Shown here: positions 36,401 to 50,329 of the stretch, one piece after another | Position numbering within the stretch: the first letter of the stretch is position 1 | Layout: each line of letters starts with the position of its first letter | Origin: Monocercomonoides exilis PA203 | Taxonomy: Eukaryota; Protista; Preaxostyla | Direction of reading: 5' to 3' | Assembly (NCBI GenBank): GCA_001643675.2 | Contig: LSRY02000008.1 | Span: forward strand, 1,116,001-1,180,000 | Length of the DNA: 64,000 nt | Notes under the pieces: model-generated | The model's database searches: none | Told to the model about the DNA's origin: nothing | Seen by the model: only the letters and a program-made list of their open reading frames with translations | Position numbers and translations under genes: made by a program

Positions 36401-39400
36401 CATGTCGAAAATGAGCTGCCATTCACCTTCAAAACCGATTCTTCACTCATTAGCACCAATTTCATTCCTCCTCCTTCTGTGTTCGAATCGCTCCTGCACG
36501 TGGACATTGTGCAGTCTTCGATCGTGCATTTCATCGCATAATCAAACGATCCCAATTCAATCGCACTTGCTCTGCTTCCTTCGTTTATGATGTTTTCAAA
36601 CGAACAGTACACAACTTTCAACACAGGCTTGTTGCCATTCAAACGAGTGTTTTCATTTCCATTCATCTGGTTTTCCTCTTCTATCATCGAAGTCAGGCTA
36701 TTTTCTTTCAAAGTCGCTGATGAAATGTTCACATTCTGGATCGTCACCTGGCTCGCAGTTTGGCTGAATGCAATGAATCCTTTCAATTCGTTGATCTTAT
36801 TCAAAGTGCAGCTCTGAACTGCTGCGCTCCCTCCGTTCACTTTTATCAGGCAACACTCAAAACTTTCAACATTCCCGCCAGCTGACCCAAATGAGCAGTC
36901 CGTAACTGACAAGACTGAATTCGTTCCTGATGATTCAATGAATACTGCATGATTGGTGGTTGTGCTGGGTTTGGTGAACGAGACATTCACAAACGACAGA
37001 CTCACATTCGATGATATCATTGAATCTTTCAGATCATTCCCATCTTCATCAGATATTGTCACAGCTGTCCCTTTCTTTGTTCCTTTTATCACAACTGCTG
37101 GAGCCTCTGAATCTGGCAAAGTTGGCAACGAAGACAAGAATGATATCGAATGGCTCAGCAACCCTGAATCCCCAATGCTGATCTGGGATTCGCCTTTTCC
37201 AAGTGTCGAATATCTCAGTGATATCAGGTGATTGATCGATGAACACGGTGCTTCAGAAAAGCCACACCCACTGAAGTCTCCTCCTTTTTCATTCGATACA
37301 AACCCATCTTTGCTCCAGTTCCTCCACAAATACACAACCAATGGAATCACATATCCCTCATCTGTGCTTGCTCTCTCCCATCCACACAGCTCATCCAATG
37401 ACTTCTCATCACTTGCACTCAACCCCCATTTCAGTTGTTCGTTTGACATAACATCGTCCAGCTCATTTCCCGATATGAACACTTTCTTCCCTTTCCAAGC
37501 ATTGCACCTGCTGAATGTCACTCCTTCCATCTGAAATGATCCCATTGTATCTGCCAATTCAACAAACATCCCTCCTCCCATTCCTCTTCCTTTCTGCAAG
37601 TTGTCTTCTGCTGGCACCTGGCATCCTGTGAATGTTGCGCTTTTGATCTCCAAACTTCCTCCGTTCTCAGCTGAAATCATCATCCCTCCTCCTCTCATCC
37701 CACCTCCACCTGTGCATGTTGTTGAAATGCTGCAGTTATCCACAACTGCGCTTCCTCCTTCTTTTATCGCAGCACTGATGCAACCTCTTCCTTCTACGCT
37801 CCCACCTTCCACCGTCACTCCACTCACTCTGCTGTTCTTTATCTCCAGCTTCTCTCCATTGCTTATTGTTATTGGTGATTTGCCGTTCATCGTCAGTGTC
37901 GTTACACTTTCCATCATCAATCCATCCACAATCAGTTCTCCTCCCGCAACATTCAACACGTTGTATCCTATCTTTCCACCCGTAAATGCTCCACTTTCAA
38001 ATGACACTGAACAGCTCGCCAGACGCAGTGTTGATGATGAATGGATGAGTGCTCTTCTTCTCGAACTCAACTGTCCTTTCACAACAAATGAAATACTGCT
38101 TATAGTCAGAGAATTCGAACATCCGACAAACCAATCTTGTGTGCTTGATCCTTCTTCAACCACATTCACTTTCACCCTTGTTATCTCTTCTCCTGCTGTC
38201 ACTTTCCCCGAAACACTCACATCGAATGAAGGCCCGATGACTTCATCCTTTATTGATGATTCAGAAGAAACCTCAACTCTTTGGAAGCCTTTCGGAACTC
38301 GAGTGCTCATGCAATAATTGATTGTTTCACACCCAAACTTCTCAAATCCACAGTAGCTGTGATCCAATGCCCTCTCTCCGCTCCCATCGACAGTCAGCTT
38401 CGATTCGATGGTGAACAAATACACAAACAACGGAATCACTTTCTCTCCATTCCCATCCTCGCTCCCGCACAACTTCAGCACATCTGTTGGTATTTCGCTT
38501 GAATCAAAAAACTTAAATGTTGTTGCATCTATTTTTGAGTCCAACAGCACACCACTCCCACAGCTCACAAACACGTCTTTCCCATATTTTGCTTTGTTAA
38601 AAAATGAAGATGAAAATTTAACTTCTGATGCAATTTCCAACTTGCTCTTCGTGCTCAGCATCTCCAGCTGCAATCCTCCCCCTGTCCCTTCATTTGCTTC
38701 AAGCTTATTCGCCTCGCATCCATCGATTTTCGTCGATCCATTCACAACAACACTTCCTTCTCCCGTCACACTCACACACAACCCTCCTCCTCTTCCTTCT
38801 TTTCCGTCTTTTCCATGGCATTTGCAATTTTTAACTGTGCACGTGTCTATTTCAACTCTTCCATTTAGCCCAGCCCCTCTGTCCACACCAACTGTTCCAA
38901 CAACCCATCCTCCGTTCCCATATTTCTTTTCCACGCTTGAGACTTTGCATTCTGAAAAGCGCACAAAGTTCACGCCCCCGACAAACTGAACCAACGAGCT
39001 GCTTTCAAACACCAATGTCCGATCAATCAACAATTTTTCCAATATCATATCTCCTCCAATCGCCTTGACAAAGACATATCCAATTGAGTGATCCCCATCG
39101 TCATTCGATGAACAGACAACTGAGCATTCTGAGAGCGTAAGGAGCGTGGAATTTGCTAAAATCAGCGATGGAGCACCTGACAGAACCGTCGGAATGCTGA
39201 AATCGATGCTGCTGATGGAACATTCGCTCTGCACATCAATCAAATATTGAAGTCCAGTAGTTTCTGGATCAACAACCTTCACACTCTTTTCATTTCCGGT
39301 GCAAAAGATCTCCCATTTGTAAGCATCGCTCATCGACACTACTTCTGCCAGCTCCAATCCTGAATCAAGCTCGATTTTTTTATTCACACCTGCATATCGC

Positions 39401-42400
39401 AACTGAGCAGCGTGGGTGATGGTGGCACACGGATAATAAGCAAATCCGCAGAATTGCGAGTCATATCCTCCCAATTGGTTCTTTGCCTTCCCCACATGTG
39501 CAGCAGCCGGAAATGTGTCCAGAAACACATTCAGTGGGAATTTCTTCATATCTTCATCACTCCGATCGAATCCCTCCAGCTCGTCGAATGCCGATGTGTT
39601 TCGCGGAACATTAAACTTTGAAGAGGAGATGCCCCATTTCACACAATTGCTCCCATTCACAAACAGAAATTTCCCCCCCAATGTTGCTGTACAGCCTGAA
39701 AAGTCAACAGCCATCATCGAGATATCGAAGGCAGAACTTTCCCCGATATTTTCCAGATACAGCATCATCCCTCCTCCATATTTGTTACACTTGCATCTGT
39801 TCAATTTTGTTTCCTCGTTTGCCGCGGCTGTTGAACTCCCCACCCGCAACTTGCTTGAAGATGATTCCAACTCGACCTTGATCCCACCACCACTTCCACC
39901 CTTGCACTCGCATTCTTCGATTGTCACATTCTTGACCACAAACGTTTCTCCTGCCTTCACACTCTTTGCCACAACCACCCCATCTCCTTCAGTCAACTTC
40001 ACATTCGTCACCTTCACATTTGCCAGCACGCTGTCTCCTGATGCTGTGGCTGTCAGATACAGTGCAGATGACGACAATGACGACAATGAAGAAGAAGAAG
40101 GAGAAGAGAGATTCGGCTCAGAGAACAATGATTTTGAGACATTCATATTTATGATCTCCACATCGGTCATCAACAGCTGCGACAGCGGCACCACAAACAC
40201 TGACGACGACATCACATAGTTTCCTGAAGAAACACTCGTGGTGATCACAACATCCTCCAATGAGAGTGACCCACCCCCATCAGACACCGCAACCACGCTC
40301 GGCGAAGAAGGATTTGCATTTGAGTTGCAATCAACCTTCATGTGCAATAAACCAAGGTTTCCTGTCGTCACACTGAACAGCGTTCCTACCGATGAAAGGG
40401 CTCCTGTTCCAATCGAACATTTCTCTTTGTCTTTCCCAATGACAGAAATCTTCTTTGTCCCAATCTCAATCGTTGTTGTCTCGCTCGTGTGACTCCCTTC
40501 CAGCAGCGTGACTGACAGACTCACTTGAATCACGCTCCGAATGACTGCAACACCAATGGTTCTGCATGCGCTTGACTCATCCAATCCACACAGATCATCT
40601 TCACCACCACCACTCACTGCCACAAATCGATTGAGAATCCCTCTTTTCAGCCATTCCTTCTTTTCCGTGTGCTGGACTGACCACACGTTTGCATTCGAGA
40701 AGTTGTATGCATAGCACACTCTTTTGTCATCTGTGTTTGTGGTGTAGCATTCATAGAAAGGATTATTAGAAGATAAAAAGACGCTGTAGTGATCATGATA
40801 CATTACATCATGGCCGTAAGATGGGTTGTTAGAGCATTTGCACTCGTGGAAGAAAAGGAAATAACAATAGATTCCATCATCAGGTGCGGTTTGTCTGTAT
40901 GGATACAATCTCATTCCTCCACCATATGCAGTTGCAGAGCAAGAAATAAACTGAATGCTCCTCATTTTGAATTGTTCAGGTGCACTTCTACAAAACATAC
41001 CTCCGCCATAATTGTTCGTAAGTGAACATGAAGTGAAACTGCAGTCAAACACACACGCACTCTCCCCTCCTCCATTTTCTTCTCCAATGCATCCTGTTCC
41101 TGAAACCTGAAAATTATTAAGATGAAGACCTCCTCCATCGTGGTGTGCCTGACAATTCTGGAATTCACATCCGCTGATCCGAACACAAATTGTAATTGTT
41201 AAAATGCACATCCCTCCTCCAATCCATGTTCGAGCAGTGCATGAGTCGAATGTGTTATTTGTGATATCAACCGATTTGATGTTGTAGCAATGAATGCCTC
41301 CTCCCGAATAATACGCTTCACATCCACTGAACGAACAGTGCTTAATTGAAATTATAGCATTTGATTGACTGTACATGCAGATTGCACCACCACTTGACAC
41401 TCCGTCTTCCCATTTATTTTCTGTTCCAGTCGTCCTCGATCCGTTCCACTCGCACAAAATAAATGAGTTTGCTCCATTATCCGTTGTATTTTGTCTCTCT
41501 GGGTGTTTCTTATTAGTTTCAGTTCCAGTGTATTCGACATTTCTTGTTCGACAACACCCAATGAATGATGTGTTCGAAACAGATAAGGAAGCCAAGGGGC
41601 TGTTCAGAGAAGGAACAATCCCGCCATCATATGCATCACAAACAGACGAAAAGGAGCAACTATTCATCAAACAAGTGGTTTGGGTTAACATTGTGGTTGA
41701 AGGTGAACATGCCTCATTTGCTGTTGAGATGTTGAAAAAAGTGAGTCTGGAGAGGGATACAAGGGGTATAGAAGGCGATGAAAGGAATGGGGCTGATGAG
41801 ACACAAAAAGAAGTGAAGTGTGATTCACTCACCGAAATACTCCCTTCAATATCTTCTCCATATCCATCTCCTTCTCTTCCTCTTCCTCTTCCTCTTCCTC
41901 CCCCACCTTCTTTCTCACTCCCCGTCTGCCCCATCCTCCCCTCTCCTCCAAACAGTCTCCCACACACATTTCCTCCCCTTCCAACCCCTCTCAGCGTGAT
42001 GTTCCAAAACACCCCTCTGCACCCGCCCAGCTCAAACACCCCCGCCTCCTTGCTTCTCCCCATCTCCACACCACATCCCTTCACCACAACCACACTCCCC
42101 CTCATTCCACACACCTTACTCCCACACTTGCCTCCCATCAGCTCAATCTCCTTCAACTCAATTGATGAATTAATCAACTTCATCTTTCCGATGATTTGGC
42201 TTTGCTCACTTATTCGTCCATAATCTTTGAAAGAAAAAAGAGAATTTGAATTTCTGTATTTGATTTGTTTGATGTGCTTCACTTCATCCAGATTCTCATT
42301 ATTCTCTCCGTTTTTGAGCAATTCTTCATTGCCAAATGAACATGCATCTGAAAATGATAATTACAGGTTCACATCATAAAAATATTTAAATGGTAGAAAT

Positions 42401-42558
42401 TGCATACTTTCTTTCGATGCGTACTCATTCATATCACTGTTTTTATCATTGAAAACAACATTCGAACCAGGCGAATGATCGACTGTCGCAAATTGGCTGC
42501 AATGATATAAATTAATAATGTAAATAAATGCACATATTGATGCAATCAAATAGCTCAT
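33493..42558 (-). CDS. Giant single-pass receptor-like protein: signal peptide, parallel beta-helix (GG[AG]x/FxxC repeat) ectodomain, TM helix, C-terminal degenerate kinase fold; complement(join(33493..42347,42408..42558))
   Basis: An 8.8-kb uninterrupted ORF. A phase-1 GTATGC...TTTTCAG intron (42348-42407) joins a hydrophobic first exon (MSYLIASICAFIYIINLYHC). TM: WSLFAFIGCIAALLIFVGLFVVVVVLL (~34448-34527). Kinase C-lobe motifs: RWKAPE, VFTLGLILHEMTTGEEPL, RPTLGEV. Confidence 0.9.
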
Positions 42559-43156
42559 GCAAAGTGTGAAATGCACAATCAAAAAATAGAATAATAAAAT
42601 AATGGAAGCGATGAATAATTTTATTTTCTTTTCCACAAATTTGATGTTAATCTCTTTTAACTCTACTAATTTATTTCTTTGTATGTTTTATTTTTATTTT
42701 ATTTTAAAGATCTGAATCATTCATTTAAAAAATATATTTAAGAAAAAAGTTTCTTAAAACTTCTAAAAATGAATATTAAACATTAAAAAGATAGACGAAT
42801 TGAGTGAATTTGAAAAAAAATAAAAACAAAATGAGCCAATTCATATCTCAAGTGCCATTAAGAAAGAAATATCAAAGAATCCATTCATGCTTCTCATTCC
42901 AATCATCATCAATGTTGTTTGATATTCATTAAATATTGAAATTTATTCTTTTTCCCTTTCTTTTTTTTCCCCTTTTCTCTCAATCTGTTTTGCCAATCTT
43001 CTTCACTCCACTCTCATCTCTCCTCTTCCATTCGCCTTTCTTCCCTCAAATTTCTTTCTGGCTGATATTCCTCTTCCTCCTCTTCTGTCTCATTCACTCA
43101 CCATTCTCTTTCTCTTACTTTCTTTTTTCTTTTCTTTTCTTTCTCCTCCTTTTTCA

Positions 43157-44650
43157 TTGAATTTTCAATCAATTTCTTTTAGTTTCTCTTCTTCTTCTTC
43201 TTCTCCTTCTTTTACAATTTTCTCTCCTCTCTCTTTTTCTCTTTCTCTTTCTCTTTCTCTTTCTTTTCTAAATATTTCTTCTTCTTCTTCCTCTTCTTCT
43301 CTCTTATTGAACACAGACAACAGAGGAGGAAGAGAGAAAGGCGAAGTCACATCCAACAAGATCAATGATTTGTGCTTGAAACCAGCTGAAATGAGAGAAA
43401 GAGGAGGAAACGAAGAAGAAGATGATGAAGAAGATGAAGAAGAGGAAGAAAGAGAAGGAGAAGAAGAAGAAAGAGAAGGAGAAAATGATGAAAGAGAAGA
43501 AGTTAATGAAGAAGAAGAAGAAAGAGAAGAAGAAGATGATGAATTTATTGAAGAAGAAGAAGAAGAAGAAATTATTGAAGAACTAATATTATTTGGAGAT
43601 TTTGAAGAGGGAGAAGAAGAAATTTTCGAATTTGAAGAAAGAGACAAAGCAAAAGGAGATATATGCATCCAAAACAGAGAAGCAGGAAGAGAATAATGTG
43701 AAGAAAGATTTATTTCTGATAGTTTTTCAACAGAAAATGAAGAAGAAGAAGAAGAAAAAGAAAAAGGAGAAGAAGAAAGATCAGAAGAAGAAGATGAAAG
43801 AGAAAGAGAAGAAGAATTTAATGAAGAGGAAGAAGAAGATGATGATGATAATGAAGAAAGAGAAAGAGAAGAAGATGAAGAAGAATTAGAAGAAAATGAC
43901 GATGAATCAGAAGAAGAAGAAGAAAAAGAAAAAGGAGAAGCAGAAGAAAGATCAGAAGAAGAAGAAGAAGAAGACGAAAATGCAGAAGGTATTGAAGAAA
44001 GAGGAGAAGAAATTGAAGAAAATGAGAAAGAAGTTGAAGAAAATGAAGAAGATGTTGAAGAAGAAGGTGAAGTGGAAGAAGAAGAGGAAGAAGAAAAAAG
44101 TGTTGTGCGCAAAATATGTCTATTGGAGAAATTGAAGCTTTCGAATTGCATTTCTCCGAATGAGAATGTTCTAATGGGCTTATTTTGGAACTCATGTGAA
44201 GAAGAAGAAGATGATGATGATGGGCTGAAGAATAAAACAGCAAGGGAAAGGGGAAGAAGAAGAAGAAAGAGGAGGAGGAGGAGGAGGAGGAAAAGAAGAA
44301 AGAGAAGGAAGAGGAGAAGAAAAAGAAGAAAGAGAAGGAAGAGGAGAAAGGGAAGAAAAAGAAGAAGAGGAAGAAGTAATATTTGGTTGTTGTTCAATTT
44401 GTGTATCTATTTTGTTGTTTGATTGAGAAATTGTTTCCTTCGGAGAAATAGAAGAAGAATCCGGAGAAATACAAAGAGAAGAAGAGGAAGAAGAAGGTAA
44501 AAAAGAAGGTGAAGAGGAAGGTGAAAATGAAGGAAAAGAAGAAAAAGGAGGAGGAGAAGGAGGAGGAGGAGGAGGAGGAGGAGGAGGAGGAGGAGGAGAA
44601 GGAGTTGAAGAAGAAGGAATAAACGATGATGACGAACAAATCGGATAAGT
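43157..44650 (+). repeat. GAA/GGA-rich low-complexity region (acidic-protein-like, interrupted)
   Basis: Purine-rich trinucleotide runs give poly-E/poly-S/poly-K shadow ORFs with stops. No domain recognised. Confidence 0.6.
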
Positions 44651-44824
44651 TGATAGAAGGTTGAAAAATGTGAAGGAAAATGATAACAAATAAAAACAGA
44701 GAGTTTCGATGAAATTTCTATTTTTCATTTTTTTCTTCTTCTTCCTCTTTTAATTTTGCGTGTTCTTCTTCTTGCAAACAAAAACCCTCCAAATATTTTT
44801 TTCGCATTCATCTCAACCATCTTC

Positions 44825-44830
<6 letters not shown>

Positions 44831-44874
<44 letters not shown>
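44831..44874. repeat. (CA)22 microsatellite
   Basis: Read directly. Confidence 0.95.
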
Positions 44875-44875
<1 letters not shown>

Positions 44876-45975
44876 CCCCATCGATGGTGCTGTCCTCCCC
44901 AACCTCAACAGCCCATCCACCTCTCTCTCTCTATCTCTCTCTCTGCCTTCAATGCCTCTTTTCTTCACCAAACACGCTCTTCACCAAATGCTGCTGTAAA
45001 ATATAACGGATCCTAAACCCAAAGAGCGAAACCTGTAAGATTGTTTGATTTTGATGATAACAGCCACAAATTTGAGTGGTGCGAATGGAATGATTCAAAT
45101 GGTGAATCATTGCCAGGAGGTGCTCTGAAAGTCAACTGCACAAACGCAAATCTCGACATCATTTCTTGTTCATTCATCAATTGCTCATGTAATTGGGATG
45201 GCGGAGCAACACGTTGCGATTACCTGTTGAAAATTGAAGCCACAAAATCGAAATTTCACAAGCTGTTCTTCATTACACGGAGGAGCAATTTGTGTAGATG
45301 AACAGCAATCATCTTCCGTTTGTTCATTTTCTGATAACAAAGCAGAAAATTGTTCATTCACAGGTAATGGATACAGTGGCGGGGCATTATCCTGTGATAG
45401 TTTGTTGAAAATCAACATGACAAAATCGAAATTTCACAAGTTGTTCGGCTGCTCATGGAGGAGCGGTCACTTCATGGCATCCACAATCAAATGCCGTTTG
45501 GACATTCCAAGATAACAGAGTGGAAAGTTGTTCAATCACAAACTGGTGCGGAACTGGTTGGTTTTTTGCTATTGGCACCTTATCTTCAAACGGTCAATTT
45601 TTGTTTTCTGAATGAAAGTGTATTTCAAATTCTGGTGGAGATTCTGCTGGTGCTCTAGCATTCAATGATCCTCCAAGCAACAAATCAAATCAATTTTTGG
45701 TCAATGATTTCCATTTTATAAACAAAAAAGTTGAAAATCCAACTACATATGGAGGTGCTGCGCTTTGCTGTGCAAGAACATATGATTGGATTAATGAAGA
45801 AAAATTCATCACTTTCTGTTTCTTCGATGGCAACACTGCCAAAAACGGAAGAGGAAACGATGTGTTCTTCAGTGGCAATGCAATCACCCAATCTCCGTTT
45901 GAGAATTGTGGATCAACAACCCCAACACAAAGAGTGTGGAATAAAAATAAAGCTGAAAACGCTGGTAAAAAATGA
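44875..45975 (+). pseudogene. Frameshifted, more divergent beta-helix family fragment
   Basis: IDGAVLPNLNSPSTSL (cf. YDGGIVPSLNSP), FEWCEWN, GGAL/GGAI repeats and FCFFDGN...GNDVFF are spread over several frames. Confidence 0.7.
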
Positions 45976-47929
45976 CCGAGTCTAGCTTTTCTTTCCAAAT
46001 TCTCCAAATACAATGCATTTCTTGTTTCCGTCTCTAATTTTTGCTTTCTTTATCATCGCCTCTCATCTCGTTCCTTCTTTTCTCTCTTTTTTGCCATAAC
46101 TTTTGATTTCTCCTGTAATTCAACGTTTTGTCTTCTTTGTTGTTCCGCTTTTCAATTTTTCCCGCTTCTCAAGCATCCTCCTTTTCTTATCCAAATAATC
46201 TCTTTTGTGCTGTTCAACCTTCCTTCTCTTCTCAAATTTAATTTCCAACTCATATTTGAAATTCATTCATCTTCTTCCTTTCATTCAAAAAATATCTTAC
46301 ATTATCTCTATTCTATTTCCTTTCCAGTTCTCCTCTCAAAACACGCTCTTCATTCTCTTTCTCTTTCTCTTTCTCCTCTTCTTTCATTCTTCTTCTTCTC
46401 ATTTTAATTTATATAATTTCCTTCATCTGCAAATTTTCTTCTTACTCTTTATTTCTCTCTTAATCTCTGATGATGAAACAGATCATGAAGAAATTCATTC
46501 TGTTGAAGTGAATGAAAAAGAAAAAGAAGAAAAAGAAGAAGAAGAAGAAGAAGAAGAAGAAGAAGAAGAAGAAGAATTAAATGATAAAGAAGAAAAATTA
46601 ACAGAAGAAGAAGGAGGAGGAGAAAGAGAAGAAGAAGCTGTGTGAAATGTTGTTGATATATTTGAAGAAGAAGAAGAAGAAGAAGATGGTAATGATGAAT
46701 GGATTGAATGAGATTATTAATTGTTGAAAATTGAGAAGATGAGAGACAATGAATATCAACGGAGAAATTCATTGAAACTCTTTTCTTCAGGATTTTGTCT
46801 TCTGGCAAATAATATCCTTTGAATTCATAACAATTTCAATTTGATTCTTCCTCTCTCTCCAACAAAAAATATGAAATATTGAGCGATCCCTTTTTCATTC
46901 CATCTCTTCTTCTTTCACTTCCCCTTTTTTCACAAAAAAATCTTCTTTCCTCAAAAATAATCTTTGCCAAAGCCCAACTCCAGGCATCTTCGAAATTTCT
47001 TGAATTTCATCTGTCTGTCCTATTTTTCCTTCAGTGGTTTTCTCTTTCTTCTTCAAAGCCATCCAATCCTTCGCTCCTTCAACATCCTGAATGAAAAATT
47101 AATAATCACTTCAAAAAAATAACAACAAACCTTCAGAACCTGTGTTCAAGCCAATGTCCATATTTTATCCTATTGGCAACTGTTTTCTTCAATTCAATTT
47201 CATTATTCCTTCCTTTTTTCAAATATTTCAGCCTGATTCTCCATTTATTTTTTTCCAATAGTCGTATTTCCCTCGAATGTTTCGATTTCTGCACCTTCTG
47301 ATAAATGTGAGATTCGTGTTGTTTGTTCATTAAATTATTCATATTTCTTCGCTTTGGAAAGGATACAGATGGAAATATCTTCACAACAAATAGAACAACA
47401 AAAAGTACATGCACAATGTCTTTTGTGTCATTAATAAAACTGTTGAATTTCGCCGGTTAATCAATCTCCAAAAATCATGTGGTAAAATTTCAAAACCGAT
47501 GCATTACCATCATTGTCTGGCTCTTCCACAAGAATTAATATTCCAAGTTCAATAGGTAATGTTCATTCACGGATTTCTCAATCGGTGCATGAATATTTTC
47601 GATTCTTGAATGATAAATGATCAAAAAATCCATAACATACAATTTTATTGATCGGTTTAATTGGAATTTTGTAGAACTTTGACAAAATCTTTTTCTTTTA
47701 CTGTATGATGTCTATGCAAATATATTGAAACTTTTTTGAGCTTTTTTTGTTTTTCATGCATTTCTTCTGACAAAATAATTGCTTGTCAAATATGAACATT
47801 CAAACGCCATTTTTTTGAATTCAATACTATTTTTTTAAGATGCAGAGAAAAATCATTTACAGCAAATTTGATGGTTTGCAGATATTGTTGAACTTGAATT
47901 CTTGTTTATAAAAAATTTTTTATATGAAA

Positions 47930-48630
47930 TTTAGAATTATTATCTGAACTTGAGAAATGCAATGAAGAAGAACAGAAAAAGAAAATCGAAGAGATGAATG
48001 AAATAATTGATAGAATGGAGAAAGAAGAATTTATATTTGTTTTTTCAGAAAAACTGTTCAACAAAATCAACAAAATGATTGAAATAAAGAAACTATCAAT
48101 AGAAAATGCAATTTTGTTGCTAAAGATAGCATTGATGAAGCAATTTCCTATGAGCTTCGTTTTGGGAGTGGCATTCCAAAAGAATTGGAAGATTTGATTG
48201 AAAAAACAAAAAAAATTCAAAAAATTGAAAAAATTGAGAATCAGAAACAAAAAGGAAAAAAATGAAGAATCGAAACAGAAGAAGAAGAGCTTCTGTTTGC
48301 AAGATGGTTTGATTCAATGAATTGAATTTCATTTTCGGAGGAATATGAAATTGAACAATGTGTTGGAGTTATTAGCAGATTTGCAAGGCTGTTTCGAGAA
48401 GCAAATGAAAATTTCAGAGAAATTTATTATCAGTGTATAAATCTATTAGGAAAAATAGCAGGAAAATATTATGTGACGTTTGATAGAATACTGAAAGGGA
48501 AGGCATTTGAAACTGTTTTTGAGGACATTCAGCAACCAACATTTGAAAATAGAGTCGCATTTGATTGCTTGCATTTTTTTAGATTTTTTGCATGGTGAAT
48601 GAAAAGAAAGGATAAAAACGAAGGGAAAAT
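47930..48630 (+). pseudogene. Relic of a helical-repeat hypothetical protein family
   Basis: ELEKCNEEEQKKKIEEMNEIIDRMEKEEFIFVFSEKLFNKINKMIEIKKLSIENAILLLK followed by broken frames. It resembles an expanded oxymonad family (recalled, unverified) and ends at the 48636 element. Confidence 0.55.
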
Positions 48631-48635
48631 GAATA

Positions 48636-49883
48636 GTGTCAGCTTTTTAATGGGACTTTTTTTTTTATTGGCACTTTTTTTATTTTCGACAACAAAAAGC
48701 TGAAAAGTGTAAAGTGACTTTCAGCATTTGGATAACCGATTTTAACAAAGTTTATTCAATTTATTACCGGTTTGTTTTTTAATTTTTGTTTATTATTTAA
48801 CGAGATATTACGTTTTTTTGATAAATTTGAATTGGTTTTTCCCACTCAACCAAGCATTTCCAGAAAATGAAAAACACTGTTTTCAAAAGCACTAACTTTT
48901 ATCTAACTGTTTTTTAATTCTTTTTTTTGGCAAACAATTTTTTCTTGATTTTTTCACATTTCAAATTTTCATCAACATGCTAACATAAAACTGATTATTT
49001 CTTTATTAATATAATGAAATGAAAAAAATAAAAATATGATATGAAAAACAAACACTTTCATACAGATATCGCACAAAATACCGGACATCGCACAAAATAC
49101 CGGACAAGATCGATATCTCAATAACTGCAAGAGGAAGAATTCTGACAATTTTCCTCAAAATATATCTCTTCAATACAAACTCAATTGATAAATGTGACTT
49201 TCTAAACAGCTTCATTTGTGCTCAGAAAAATTAATTATTCAAATCTTGAGAAACTCAAAATCCAGTTTCTCCGAAATTTCTTCAAAATAATTTTTATGAG
49301 CACAAATGAAGCTGTTTAGAAAGTCACATTTATCAATTGAGTTTGTATTGAAGAGATATATTTTGAGGAAAATTGTCAGAATTCTTCCTCTTGCAGTTAT
49401 TGAGATATCGATCTTGTCCGGTATTTTGTGCGATGTCCGGTATTTTGTGCGATATCTGTATGAAAGTGTTTGTTTTTCATATCATATTTTTATTTTTTTC
49501 ATTTCATTATATTAATAAAGAAATAATCAGTTTTATGTTAGCATGTTGATGAAAATTTGAAATGTGAAAAAATCAAGAAAAAAGTGTTTGTGAAAAAAAG
49601 ATTTTAAAGATTAATAGTTCGAAGCAAATGCTATATAAAACATGTCCCCAATTTCTTGAGCGATTCCCAGCTGGCTAGAAAAAGTCCTTTGAAATTAAAC
49701 AAAAAACGAAATCTCTCGATGTGTTATAAGTTAAAATATAAAAACAAACTGCAAATAAATAGAACAAAACTTGTTAAAAAGGATTTTTCAAATGCTGAAA
49801 ACTACTTCTCATTTCTCAGAATTTTGCAAGCAAAAACAAAAAAAGTTCCAATTACGGAAAAAGTCCCATTAAAAAGCTGACCC
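48636..49883. mobile_element. 1.25-kb hairpin (foldback/MITE-like) element with TA TSD
   Basis: TA|GTGTCAGCTTTTTAATGGGACTTTT...AAAAGTCCCATTAAAAAGCTGACCC|TA. Self-complementary along its length around ~49260; 48938-49224 and 49297-49583 appear perfectly complementary. Confidence 0.85.
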
Positions 49884-50329
49884 TAAAACTAATTGGTCGG
49901 AGAATGACCGCTTCGAAATGGAAAAACCAAAAAGAACAGAATTGAAAAGAAAAATAATTGAAAAAATGGAAGAAGAAGGATACGAAGATATCGTTCCAAG
50001 CTTTCATGAACTTATTGATTTTTTGAACGGAGATTTCCATCCTTTTTTTGTCGTTGGATATTTCAGATTATTTTGTTTATGTTTTGTGAAATGAAACTCT
50101 TTGAATATTTTTTGAACTCAAAAATGATTTCTTTCTTTCTTTCTTTCTTCATTTCACATTTCAACAAACAATTATGTTATTTTGAAAATGATTATTTATC
50201 AAAACTTCGAAATGGAGCAAAACAATTTTAAAAAAAGGAAAAAGAAGAACAAAATCACACAAAAAAGGATAAACATTTTTGAATCAAAAAATAATCAACA
50301 GGCAATTTCAATCAGATTTTCCAAATATT

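Noticed and set aside
34229-42223. Numerous + strand ORFs of 60-280 aa
   Set aside because: Antisense shadows of the 8.8-kb minus-strand receptor ORF.
49006-49515. Two identical 69-aa divergent ORFs as real genes
   Set aside because: By-product of the perfect inverted repeat; no protein-like features.
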